NCBI GenBank assembly: GCA_038872135.1
Contig: JAVZGN010000010.1
Location: 1 to 35,924 of the forward strand
From: Candidatus Hadarchaeales archaeon
GTDB taxonomy: Archaea > Hadarchaeota > Hadarchaeia > Hadarchaeales > Hadarchaeaceae
Direction: 5' to 3'
DNA: 35,924 nt
Part shown: positions 27,689 to 35,924 of the stretch, piece after piece
Layout of the letters: the number at the start of each line of letters is the position of its first letter
Numbering within the stretch: position 1 is the stretch's first letter
Notes under the pieces: generated by a model
The model's input: the letters and a program-made list of their open reading frames with translations, nothing else
Databases searched by the model: none
What the model was told of the DNA's origin: nothing
Program-made: the position numbers and the translations under genes

Positions 27689-28882
27689 TCATCCTCTCAG
27701 CAGTTCTCCTATCCTCGAAACAGCGCTCTCCCCGATGATCTCATTGAACTCTCTGGCCCTTGTGATGCGACGCAGAGATTTGCCGACTTCACATCCAAGA
27801 TAAATATCCATCAGGGGCCCTCCCATGGCCGGGTGATCGCTCAAGAAATCGATGATTTTATCTAATTTCTCATCTTGGGCGGCGGCTACCGATGCGTGAA
27901 AGATCCTACATGCTTCCATCTCCCCTCCAACCATCTCTCGCCATTTCTTCTCATATCTCTGGAGCCCAGCTCTCGTCACATCTCCCTCGGTGATGGCGTC
28001 AACCGCCGCTTTCCCCGCTATTTCCCCGCAGAGAAATGGTAAAGCAATCGACTCTGGAGCAGTTGGGAAGAGCTGTCCAGCAGCTGCTCCTACGGCAAGT
28101 ATTCCATCCCCAGATGTTTGTTTCAATGGGCCTGATATCGGAAGCTGCAATCTTGAAGACTTTATTGGGGCTGAGCCGGAAACTCTCTGCGCCTCCTTCC
28201 CCAGAAACTCGTCCAAGGCTGTGTCGGGATGAATTCTAATCCCACAGATCCCCGCGGAAGCAAAATCGTCTTTCATTGGGTAAATCCAACATTTCCCAGC
28301 GGGGGCAAGATAAGTTGTGAAATAGATTTCTGCGCTGCGGCTCCAGGCATTGGTCATCAGATATTCACTGGAAAACGCTAGTTGCTCGGGTTTCCAGTCT
28401 TCTCCAAGAACCCTTCTAAGAAAAAGTGATGACCACTGGCCAGATGCACCACTGGCGTCTATAACTACCTCACCTGCAATCGTCTCCGACCAGCCCCCGC
28501 CCTCAGCCCTGATCCCCCTGACCACTCCATCCTTAAAAACCAGCTCTTTGACAGGGCAGTTTATCCATATATCCGCCCCTGCCGCTGTCACCTCCCGGGA
28601 AAGCACCTCCAGGAGCTCATCGCGGCGGACTACTTCCAGCTTCTTCTTCACCTCGATTTTACTTCTCGGGGAGCTGATGAGCAGGGTTTCGAGCCTTCTC
28701 CCGGCCACCTTGAACCTCCGCAGAAGATGCCTAGGAAGGATAACTCCAAACCCCCCCTGTTCCCCCACCCCTGCCCTCATCTCAAGCACTATTGTTTTCG
28801 CCCCCTCAGAGGCCGCAGCTCTCGCTGCCGCAAGCCCAGAGGCTCCCCCTCCCACCACTACAACATCGTACTTCTCGGCCAT
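27689..28882 (-). CDS. Geranylgeranyl reductase-family FAD-dependent oxidoreductase
   Basis: YDVVVVGGGASG, VIDASG and APAGKCWIYP; second FAD motif is altered to VGAAAG. Confidence 0.8.
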   Translation of the reverse strand: MAEKYDVVVVGGGASGLAAARAAASEGAKTIVLEMRAGVGEQGGFGVILPRHLLRRFKVAGRRLETLLISSPRSKIEVKKKLEVVRRDELLEVLSREVTAAGADIWINCPVKELVFKDGVVRGIRAEGGGWSETIAGEVVIDASGASGQWSSLFLRRVLGEDWKPEQLAFSSEYLMTNAWSRSAEIYFTTYLAPAGKCWIYPMKDDFASAGICGIRIHPDTALDEFLGKEAQRVSGSAPIKSSRLQLPISGPLKQTSGDGILAVGAAAGQLFPTAPESIALPFLCGEIAGKAAVDAITEGDVTRAGLQRYEKKWREMVGGEMEACRIFHASVAAAQDEKLDKIIDFLSDHPAMGGPLMDIYLGCEVGKSLRRITRAREFNEIIGESAVSRIGELLRG

Positions 28883-28946
28883 TCTCCCCTTTCAATTTGG
28901 TCGGACTTTATTTATAAGGGAGGAACAAAATTGAATTTGCGGGAAC

Positions 28947-29651
28947 TTGAGAAGCATCTCTCTTCTGTCTGGAAAAGGAGGTGTCGGGAGAACAACTATT
29001 GCCGTCAACCTTGGAGTAGCCCTGGCTATGATGAAAAAGGATGTCATCCTTCTTGATGCATCCTTCACCTCTCCAGATGTCGCCTTTCACTTCAAGCTTG
29101 AAAAGGCATTATACACGATAAACGACGCTTTGCTGGATCAGGCAGCATTTAGCAACGTCCTATATTCTGGTCCTGCCGGGCTGAGAATTGCGCCGGCTGC
29201 AGTCACCCTCGAGCAGATAAAGATGACCAAACCTGAAAGGTTGCCTGAGGTCATCCAGAAGGCCGGGCTTGATGTGGACTTCCTCATCATCGATGCTTCT
29301 GGGGGCCTGCGCAGGGAAACTGTGGCGGCCGTGAGGTCCACCAAAGAAGCCCTTTTCATCGCCACACCGGACATAGTTTCCCTCTCAGACTGCCTAAAAG
29401 CCAAGCTGGTGGCGGAGTTCCTCGGCGCCAAGTCGATCGGCCTTGTGCTCAATCGGGTGAGGGGTGAAGATTTTGAGCTGGACAAAAATGAGATAAAGGA
29501 GATTGTCGGGCTGCCGATAATTGAAATCATTCCTGAGGATGAAAAGGTCCAGCAGGCATTGAGAAAAGGAGAGCCGCTGATAGTCATGGACCCAAAAGCC
29601 CCGGCTGCGGTGGCGATAGAAAAGCTTGCAAAGAAAATCTCCAAGGGATGA
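28947..29651 (+). CDS. minD: MinD-family ATPase (Walker A K->R variant)
   Basis: SGKGGVGRTT..VNLG, LDA, IDASGG, ATPD, VLNRV and IPED motifs. Confidence 0.88.
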   Translation: MRSISLLSGKGGVGRTTIAVNLGVALAMMKKDVILLDASFTSPDVAFHFKLEKALYTINDALLDQAAFSNVLYSGPAGLRIAPAAVTLEQIKMTKPERLPEVIQKAGLDVDFLIIDASGGLRRETVAAVRSTKEALFIATPDIVSLSDCLKAKLVAEFLGAKSIGLVLNRVRGEDFELDKNEIKEIVGLPIIEIIPEDEKVQQALRKGEPLIVMDPKAPAAVAIEKLAKKISKG

Positions 29652-30596
29652 TCAGAAGCCTCCGGAAGGAGTCTCCTCTGGCGGCGCGGGGGCTTCTGAA
29701 GGCGGGGCCTCTGGCGGCGCTTGCGGAGGTGGGGTCTCCGGGGGGGCCTCAGGTGGCGCGAGCATTTCCCCCTCCGGCATTCCTCCTTTCCTTTTCATCA
29801 GCATGAAAACCGCGACTAAAACCACCACAATCACAACTGCGGCACCGATGATCTCAATTGGCAGCCCTCCTCCTCCACCCGCCACCTCAATCCCAGAGAT
29901 GGTGGTGTCGTAGTCAATCGTCCAGTAACCGCTAGCACTCTTCTCCAGGTAGAGATTACCTACCTGATACAGTTGATTAGGAGTTTTTTCCACATAGTCT
30001 CCACCATACTTTACACCATTGTAGACAAATGTGAGTTCATTTTGGTTATCTCCATCTATATCCTCAAACTGGATGGGTGTGTCTCCCCATCTCAATCTTA
30101 ACCTCGCCCTAAGCTTCACCGTCCCGCCAACGGGGATATCATTCATTCCAACCTTCGTCTTGTCCTCCTCCGGCCTTGGGTAAGGGACAACTGTGTTGTT
30201 GATTGTGAACTCACGGGTGTCTGGCATCTCGGCCGTCCAAGAATCCCCCTGCTTTCGATGGTCCCACCATCCAGAGTACAGGACGCTGCCACCTATAGTA
30301 GTGGGACTCCCTTCACTATAACAGTTTGTGCCATCATAGAAGTATGTTCTGACCTCCCATTTTGGCGGTGTTTCACCACTCGTCCAAGCCGGGAGAGCCA
30401 TCCCACGTGGTCGCGTCACTCGAACTGTTATCGGGTATGTCTTCCCCGGCTCAATGATGGATGGATAATCAATTATCTCTACGGTGAACTGCGGTGGAGG
30501 TGATACAGCTTGAGCGTGGGCCGGTGCTACCGAAGCTACACCTAAAAAAACCGCTGCAACGACAGCCAGTAGCAGCAGACTTCTCCAGGTGGTCAT
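29652..30596 (-). CDS. Hypothetical cell-surface protein (signal peptide, C-terminal TM, Pro/Glu-rich tail)
   Basis: Signal peptide ending AHA, Gly linker, TM, KRK, then EAPP-type repeats. TATA TTTAAATA lies about 30 nt upstream of ATG 30596. Confidence 0.8.
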   Translation of the reverse strand: MTTWRSLLLLAVVAAVFLGVASVAPAHAQAVSPPPQFTVEIIDYPSIIEPGKTYPITVRVTRPRGMALPAWTSGETPPKWEVRTYFYDGTNCYSEGSPTTIGGSVLYSGWWDHRKQGDSWTAEMPDTREFTINNTVVPYPRPEEDKTKVGMNDIPVGGTVKLRARLRLRWGDTPIQFEDIDGDNQNELTFVYNGVKYGGDYVEKTPNQLYQVGNLYLEKSASGYWTIDYDTTISGIEVAGGGGGLPIEIIGAAVVIVVVLVAVFMLMKRKGGMPEGEMLAPPEAPPETPPPQAPPEAPPSEAPAPPEETPSGGF

Positions 30597-30675
30597 TCCA
30601 CTCCCGCCTGAAATTTCCCCCAATATTTAAATACTTTGGCAAAACCTCAAACGCAGTGGGCTACACTAATTGTCT

Positions 30676-31497
30676 CTATTCTTCCGGGATGGGTGCCTCA
30701 ACTTTTTTGCTCAACACTATATATGCTCCGGCCCCCACAGCTGCTGCAATCGAAACTCCGGCCACAGTTAATTTCACTTCGGCTGGCAGATCAATCGGCT
30801 CTTCCGGCCTGCTCGTGGAAACCAGATCTATTTCAATGGGTTCATCAACATAGAAATCGGCTCTCTCAGGTGCTGTCTCACTAACATTCGCCGTCATGTC
30901 TTTGTCGATTACCAGCCTATATTTCCCCGCAGAGTCAAGATTTATCTTAGTTGGAAGCTTCGGTCCCTGCAAGACATAATCGTCATACACTTTTGTGTAC
31001 TGATACTGGAAAGTGGCTGCACCAAGAGAAAATATCACATAGCCTGCTTCTTCCCCCGCCCCACCAGAAAAAACTGGATTAATGTTCTTTATTATCAGCC
31101 TGAGCCTGAAGGTCACGGACTGCCCGATGGGAATTTCTCTCATCCCCTGAGCGATATCCTCTGGATTTCTTGGATAGCTGACCACCTTTGTGTGAATAAC
31201 TAAACTTTTTTCTTCCGGTGAACCCAGCCATTCATCTCCGATCACCCTGTGCTGGTACCAGCCGGTGTAGAAGCCTTCGCTCCAGCTTCCATCGCTGAAG
31301 CAGCTCGTCCCGCTGTAATAGTATGCTCTCACCTCCCACTGTCCATCCCTGAGAATCACATAGCTTGGCTTCCTAACGGAAAGATGAACTGTGTAATCTC
31401 CGCCCGGCCTTATGTCATATGTCCCTTGAGCCATGACAATGGGAGCCAAAGAGAGGAGCAGAAATACCGCGGCTGGGACAATCCAAATCCTCATCAT
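30676..31497 (-). CDS. Hypothetical cell-surface protein, paralogue of the 29652-30596 gene
   Basis: Signal peptide (MMRIWIVPAAVFLLLSLAPIVMA) and C-terminal TM. Shares WEVR.Y.Y.GT.C.S.G, GW..HR..GD.W and VV.YPR..ED blocks with its neighbour. Confidence 0.8.
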   Translation of the reverse strand: MMRIWIVPAAVFLLLSLAPIVMAQGTYDIRPGGDYTVHLSVRKPSYVILRDGQWEVRAYYYSGTSCFSDGSWSEGFYTGWYQHRVIGDEWLGSPEEKSLVIHTKVVSYPRNPEDIAQGMREIPIGQSVTFRLRLIIKNINPVFSGGAGEEAGYVIFSLGAATFQYQYTKVYDDYVLQGPKLPTKINLDSAGKYRLVIDKDMTANVSETAPERADFYVDEPIEIDLVSTSRPEEPIDLPAEVKLTVAGVSIAAAVGAGAYIVLSKKVEAPIPEE

Positions 31498-31525
31498 CAC
31501 CCACTCGGCTGTCGCAGGTATATAT

Positions 31526-31879
31526 CTAAGCTTTCTCTGGACGGGTGGTGAAGCTGAAAATCTTTGGCTTCGGCTCATAGATGCGTCCGGCTATCTTTTC
31601 CTCCTCCAAGATCTGATTGACCTCATCCTTTGTCAGCCCCACCTTCACAGCCAGCTCCACTATCTCATCTAGCTCTACCTGTCCCGCAGGATCTTTCGCT
31701 GCAAGGGCTCTCATCGCCCTTCTCACAAAATCAATTTTCGCTTCATGCCCCCTCAGCATGGGTGGCGGAGATTCTCTCCTGGAAGGCGTAGGTTCAACGC
31801 TGACATAGGTTTCGACCTCCAGCTCAAGGCCGAACATCTTTCCGCAGAATGGACACACCGCCTGCACCCTCTGTCTCAT
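31526..31879 (-). CDS. Small protein: single CxxC plus C-terminal winged helix resembling the archaeal MCM C-terminus
   Basis: CPFC near the N-terminus; LDEIVELA..VGL..DEV..IL......G.IYEPKP pattern. Confidence 0.7.
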   Translation of the reverse strand: MRQRVQAVCPFCGKMFGLELEVETYVSVEPTPSRRESPPPMLRGHEAKIDFVRRAMRALAAKDPAGQVELDEIVELAVKVGLTKDEVNQILEEEKIAGRIYEPKPKIFSFTTRPEKA

Positions 31880-31981
31880 TCACTCACCCCTCTTCCGTGC
31901 ACCCCATTCCTCTTTAAACTATCGAAATTTTCGTGAAATCCCCACCACATGTCTAATATCTCGGGCCTGGAAAGTTGTGTG

Positions 31982-34291
31982 ATGATGAGGGCCGAAATAA
32001 AAGTGCGCGGCCTCGTTCAGGGAGTGGGCTTCCGGCCATTCTGCTACCGGCTCGCCACAGCCCTTGCCCTGAGAGGATTTGTGAGGAACACCGGGGATGC
32101 CGGCGTCTTTCTTGTGGTGGAAGGAGAAAAACATTTGATCGAGGAGCTTCTCCACCGGCTTCAAAGTTCTCCGCCGCCCAGAGCCAAGATCGAGGAAATA
32201 GAGGTTGAGTGGAAGCCGGCGACAGGAGAGTTTAAGGAATTCTCAGTGGTGGAGAGCGACACCGCGGGCTCCCAAATGGTTTCCACAATTCCCCCTGAGA
32301 TTGCGATATGCGAAGATTGTCTCAAGGAAATGTCAGACCCCACCGACAGGAGATATGGATATCCATTCATAACCTGCGTGAACTGCGGGCCGAGATTCAC
32401 GATAATTGAGGATCTCCCCTATGACAGGGAGAGAACCTCCATGAGAGAATTTCCCCTCTGTGAAAGATGCCTGCGGGAGTACACTGACCCGGGAGACAGG
32501 AGGTATCACGCCGAACCGACCTGCTGTCCCCTCTGCGGCCCCCACTTCACCCTCTTCGATTCTGCCGGGAGCCCGGTGGGCGCCAGAAATCCATTCGAGG
32601 AAGCTCGAAAGCTGCTGGATGAAGGGAACATCCTCGTCTTGAAAGGACTTGGAGGGATGCACATCGCCACAAAAACTACAGAAGATGAACCCATCGCAAG
32701 ATTGAGAAAATCATTCATGAGGCCGCAGCAGCCCTTCGCAGTAATGGCCAGAGATTTAAAATCTGCTGAGAGTTTCGCCGAAATCGGGGAAGAGGAGAGA
32801 GAGCTCCTGCTGTCTCCCGCCCGTCCAATTGTCGTTTTGAAAAAGTCTGAAAAATTTCCCCTCTCAGAACTCATCGCACCGGGGTTGGACTCCGTGGGTG
32901 TGATGCTCCCATACTCCGGCTTCCACCACCTTCTCTTTCAAAAAGGAGAGGACCCGGCATACATTCTCACCAGCGCCAACTTTCCTGGACTCCCCATGAT
33001 CACGGAAAACGATGAGGCTTTTAGAAAACTTGGCAAAGTGGTTGATTATTTCCTCCTTCACAACAGGAGGATAGTGAACCGCTGCGATGATTCTGTCGTG
33101 CGGATGACGGCCGGCTCCCCGGTTTTCCTCAGGAGGGCTAGGGGTTATGCCCCGGCCCCTCTGAAACTAAAGGTGGAGTGGGAGGGGTGTGTGGTCGGTC
33201 TCGGGGGAGAGCTCAACGTTGCAGCTGCCATCCTCCTCGGTAAAAAATGTTTTCTCACGCAATACATCGGAGATGTGAGCAAACTGGAAACGCTCGAATA
33301 TCTCAGGGACGCGGTTAGGAGAATCCTTCATCTCCTCAGAGTGAAAGAGATTGATGCAATTGCCTGCGACCTCCATCCCGTCTATGCCACAACTGGAGAG
33401 GCAGAGGAAATGGCTGCAAGGAGCGGGGCTGGGCTGGTAAAAGTTCAGCACCACCACGCTCATCTCGCTTCTTTGATGGCCGAGCACGGGGTGGATGAGG
33501 CTGTGGGGATAGTGGCAGACGGTGCCGGCTATGGACCAGATGGAACCGTGTGGGGCGGAGAGATCCTTGTAGCAAGAGATGGGGAATTTTCGAGGAAAGG
33601 AGGGTTGATGAGCCGGCCAATGCCAGGAGGAGATCTCGCCACGATTTTTCCTGGAAGGATGGTGGCTGGACTTTTGTGGAAAATCCTTGGAAATGAAGAA
33701 ATTGAAAAAATTATCGAAAAAACTCCTGGCGGCTTCCCAAGGGGAAAGCTGGAGATCGAAACGGTGCTCAGGCAGCTTGAAACTGGCATCAATGTCTTCA
33801 TGACCTCAAGCTGCGGCCGGGTGCTAGACGCCATTTCCTTCATCCTCGGGGTCTGCTCCGAGAGAACATATGAGGGGGAGCCTGCGATGAAGCTTGAAGC
33901 CCTCGGCAGGAAAGGAAACCCCAAGACCGCCGGAATCCATCCAAAATTTAAAACCCTAAACGGGACCGAAGTCTTGGATACACCCCAGCTCATCCTCGAT
34001 GTCCTCGCCGCTGTTAAAAGTGGAGTTCCAAAAGCAGATGTTGCGGCCGGGGCCCAGTGGGCGCTGGCTGACGGGCTTGCACAAATCGCTGCTCGCGTGG
34101 CTGAAAAGGAGGGGATAAAAATAGTTGGAGTTTCTGGCGGAGTTTTCTACAATGATTTGATGACAATCGCCGCGAGGGAGAGGATAACCTCGGCTGGCCT
34201 AAAATTCCTGATGCACAGAGAAGTCCCTCCTGGAGACGGTGGAATCTCCCTCGGCCAAGTCTATGTTGCTGCCAAAAGAATCAAAAACTAG
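31982..34291 (+). CDS. hypF: [NiFe]-hydrogenase maturation carbamoyltransferase HypF
   Basis: Acylphosphatase-like G.VQGVGFRPF, Zn fingers CEDC/CVNCGPRF/CERC/CPLCGP, YrdC-like domain, QHHHAH, DG.GYG.DG..WGGE and GDGGISLGQ. Confidence 0.97.
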   Translation: MMRAEIKVRGLVQGVGFRPFCYRLATALALRGFVRNTGDAGVFLVVEGEKHLIEELLHRLQSSPPPRAKIEEIEVEWKPATGEFKEFSVVESDTAGSQMVSTIPPEIAICEDCLKEMSDPTDRRYGYPFITCVNCGPRFTIIEDLPYDRERTSMREFPLCERCLREYTDPGDRRYHAEPTCCPLCGPHFTLFDSAGSPVGARNPFEEARKLLDEGNILVLKGLGGMHIATKTTEDEPIARLRKSFMRPQQPFAVMARDLKSAESFAEIGEEERELLLSPARPIVVLKKSEKFPLSELIAPGLDSVGVMLPYSGFHHLLFQKGEDPAYILTSANFPGLPMITENDEAFRKLGKVVDYFLLHNRRIVNRCDDSVVRMTAGSPVFLRRARGYAPAPLKLKVEWEGCVVGLGGELNVAAAILLGKKCFLTQYIGDVSKLETLEYLRDAVRRILHLLRVKEIDAIACDLHPVYATTGEAEEMAARSGAGLVKVQHHHAHLASLMAEHGVDEAVGIVADGAGYGPDGTVWGGEILVARDGEFSRKGGLMSRPMPGGDLATIFPGRMVAGLLWKILGNEEIEKIIEKTPGGFPRGKLEIETVLRQLETGINVFMTSSCGRVLDAISFILGVCSERTYEGEPAMKLEALGRKGNPKTAGIHPKFKTLNGTEVLDTPQLILDVLAAVKSGVPKADVAAGAQWALADGLAQIAARVAEKEGIKIVGVSGGVFYNDLMTIAARERITSAGLKFLMHREVPPGDGGISLGQVYVAAKRIKN

Positions 34292-34856
34292 CGCCTTTTT
34301 GTTTGAGATATCTCACAAGAGCCCGGGAAATCAGAGGTTTGCCCTTCAGGAGGGGATATGAGAAGGGCAAGATAATGGAAAGCTTGGGGGCAATTTTAAT
34401 CTCAACCTCATGCACACAGGGGAGTTCCTCAAGAGAATGGCCCGAAGCTATCTGCTTCGCCAAAAACACGCTCCCATCAATCGAAAACTGGGATTTGCCA
34501 ATATTTCTTTTCTTGGCTCGTGGAAGCTTTTTGCTCAAAAGCTCTCTGGTCCTGCCCTGAGGTGGATCATCGCCTAGGATGCCGCCTACAACAATGGCTT
34601 TGGCTTTCTCGGCATCTTTTGCGAGCAATGTTTTTTTCGCCTGAGGGTCCAGCACGATTGTGTAGCGGTTGTCGAAAAGTGACGCCGCACTCTCGCTTGC
34701 AACTCTTGAAATCTTCGCCAGCTTTTTTCTCTCCGCCTCTCGCCTTACATTTGTTATCATCAGATTTTTTCGACCAACAATTCTCGCCGCGCTGGAATAT
34801 TCTATCATTAGCCACTCGCTGAGCCTCGGCTCTAGATGCTCAATCACAAAAAGCAT
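34281..34856 (-). CDS. SFM1/DUF431-like SPOUT-class methyltransferase
   Basis: FVIEHLEP..SEW..IEY, VLDP.A, VGGILGDDPP.GRT, QFSIDG and LPF.YP motifs. Start at ATG 34856. Confidence 0.85.
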   Translation of the reverse strand: MLFVIEHLEPRLSEWLMIEYSSAARIVGRKNLMITNVRREAERKKLAKISRVASESAASLFDNRYTIVLDPQAKKTLLAKDAEKAKAIVVGGILGDDPPQGRTRELLSKKLPRAKKRNIGKSQFSIDGSVFLAKQIASGHSLEELPCVHEVEIKIAPKLSIILPFSYPLLKGKPLISRALVRYLKQKGASF

Positions 34857-34864
34857 CTTGCTCA

Positions 34865-35924
34865 CTAGCCGATACACTCGCGGAGTTCTTTCATTCCCAT
34901 CTCAACGAGCTCTCTCGCCCTTTCCTCTGTCCTAGCCTCCGCAAAACATCTGAAGAGGGGTTCGGTGCCGGAGGGCCTGAGGAGAAGCCATCCATCGTCA
35001 AAATCTATCCTCAAACCATCCGTTCGATTGAGCTGATATCTGGAAAATTTCTCTGCCAAGACTTCGAGGACCTTCTGCTTCATTTCATGCGGGCATTTGA
35101 CTCTCTCTTTCATCTGATAAAATATCGGAAGGGAAGAATTCATTTCTGAAACTGGTCCACCATGCCTGTCGAGTTCAGCCATGAACTGAAGGGCCGTCAT
35201 TATCCCATCCCTTCCCGGTGTCCAGTCAAAGAAGAGTACTCCCCCGTTCTCCTCTCCCCCGATGTCGCCGCCTGCTCTCTTCCACTCCCCCACAATCTCC
35301 GGCTCTCCAACCCTTCCCCTCACCACGGCTCCTCCAAGCCTCCTTGCAACTTCATCCAAAACCAGGCTTGTGGCAACGGTTGTGATTATCTTCGGCGATT
35401 TTTTTCCTCTGAGATAGTGCATGGCGGCAAAGGCAAAAACCCGATCGCCGCTGATGATTCTGCCTTTTTCATCAACGACAATCGTCCTATCTGCATCCCC
35501 ATCGTGGGCGATGCCGAGATCCGCACCACACGCCACCACAGCTTTAGCCAGCTCCCCCAGGTTTTCCGGGACCGGCTCAAGCTTCCTCCCGGGAAAAGAA
35601 CCGTCAAGCTGAGAGTTCATGGAAATAACCTCGCAGCCAAGCTCCCTGAGAAGATAGGGCGTCACGAGAGATCCAACGGCATTTGCGCAGTCAACGACAA
35701 CCTTCCACCTTTTCTTGAATTTTTCCACTTTTTGTAGGGCAGCCGAAATGTAGGGCGAGATCCCGTCAGCGGCGATAACTCTCCCTATATACTCCCATCC
35801 CACCATCTCCGGGCCCCTCTCATAAATTCTCTCGATTTCTGCCTCCTGAGTCCTCTGAAATCCGGCTCCATCTGCTCCCCACATCTTGATTCCGTTGTAC
35901 TCTAGGATTGTGAGAGGCTGTAAT
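34865..35924 (-). CDS. Alpha-D-phosphohexomutase (PGM/PMM or GlmM); 5' truncated, apparent frameshift near 35903
   Basis: DGDADR metal loop, GEENGG and RPSGTEP. The catalytic ITASHNP is present at 35924-35904 but in a different frame from EYNGIK. Confidence 0.9.
   Translation of the reverse strand, partial: LQPLTILEYNGIKMWGADGAGFQRTQEAEIERIYERGPEMVGWEYIGRVIAADGISPYISAALQKVEKFKKRWKVVVDCANAVGSLVTPYLLRELGCEVISMNSQLDGSFPGRKLEPVPENLGELAKAVVACGADLGIAHDGDADRTIVVDEKGRIISGDRVFAFAAMHYLRGKKSPKIITTVATSLVLDEVARRLGGAVVRGRVGEPEIVGEWKRAGGDIGGEENGGVLFFDWTPGRDGIMTALQFMAELDRHGGPVSEMNSSLPIFYQMKERVKCPHEMKQKVLEVLAEKFSRYQLNRTDGLRIDFDDGWLLLRPSGTEPLFRCFAEARTEERARELVEMGMKELRECIG

Overview
Archaeal chromosomal segment of roughly 50% GC with euryarchaeal-type gene content. 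Hadarchaeia/Thermococci-like affiliation is my inference only. Contents in order: an Mrp/Mbh-type Na+/H+ antiporter module (MbhA-H order, truncated at the left edge); a small CxxC-x17-CxxC protein with a structured 5' leader; a solo Cas4-like PD-(D/E)XK nuclease; an RNase J-like MBL hydrolase; an adjacent LipS1/LipS2 lipoyl synthase pair; an acidic surface protein with two tiny downstream ORFs; three MinD/ParA paralogues; rpa-radA-HAD; an orphan receiver protein; a PRC-barrel gene; cdc48 preceded by a Cas2-like small gene under a doubled palindromic operator; an RND/MMPL transporter; an intron-containing tRNA-Trp(CCA) whose intron is a box C/D-like guide; a divergent TFB; a GGR-family reductase; a pair of paralogous surface proteins; hypF; an SFM1-like methyltransferase; and a phosphohexomutase with an apparent frameshift at the right edge. 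The best candidate for a poorly described system is a tightly coupled four-gene operon (26211->21380). It encodes two Zn-ribbon/TM/multi-OB-fold proteins, a TctA-family permease without TctB/TctC, and a YdjM-like membrane metallohydrolase, with a divergent DUF429 nuclease. Together these resemble an archaeal DNA/nucleic-acid uptake machine. No CRISPR array, integrase or transposase was seen. All calls come from motif recognition by eye; no searches were run.
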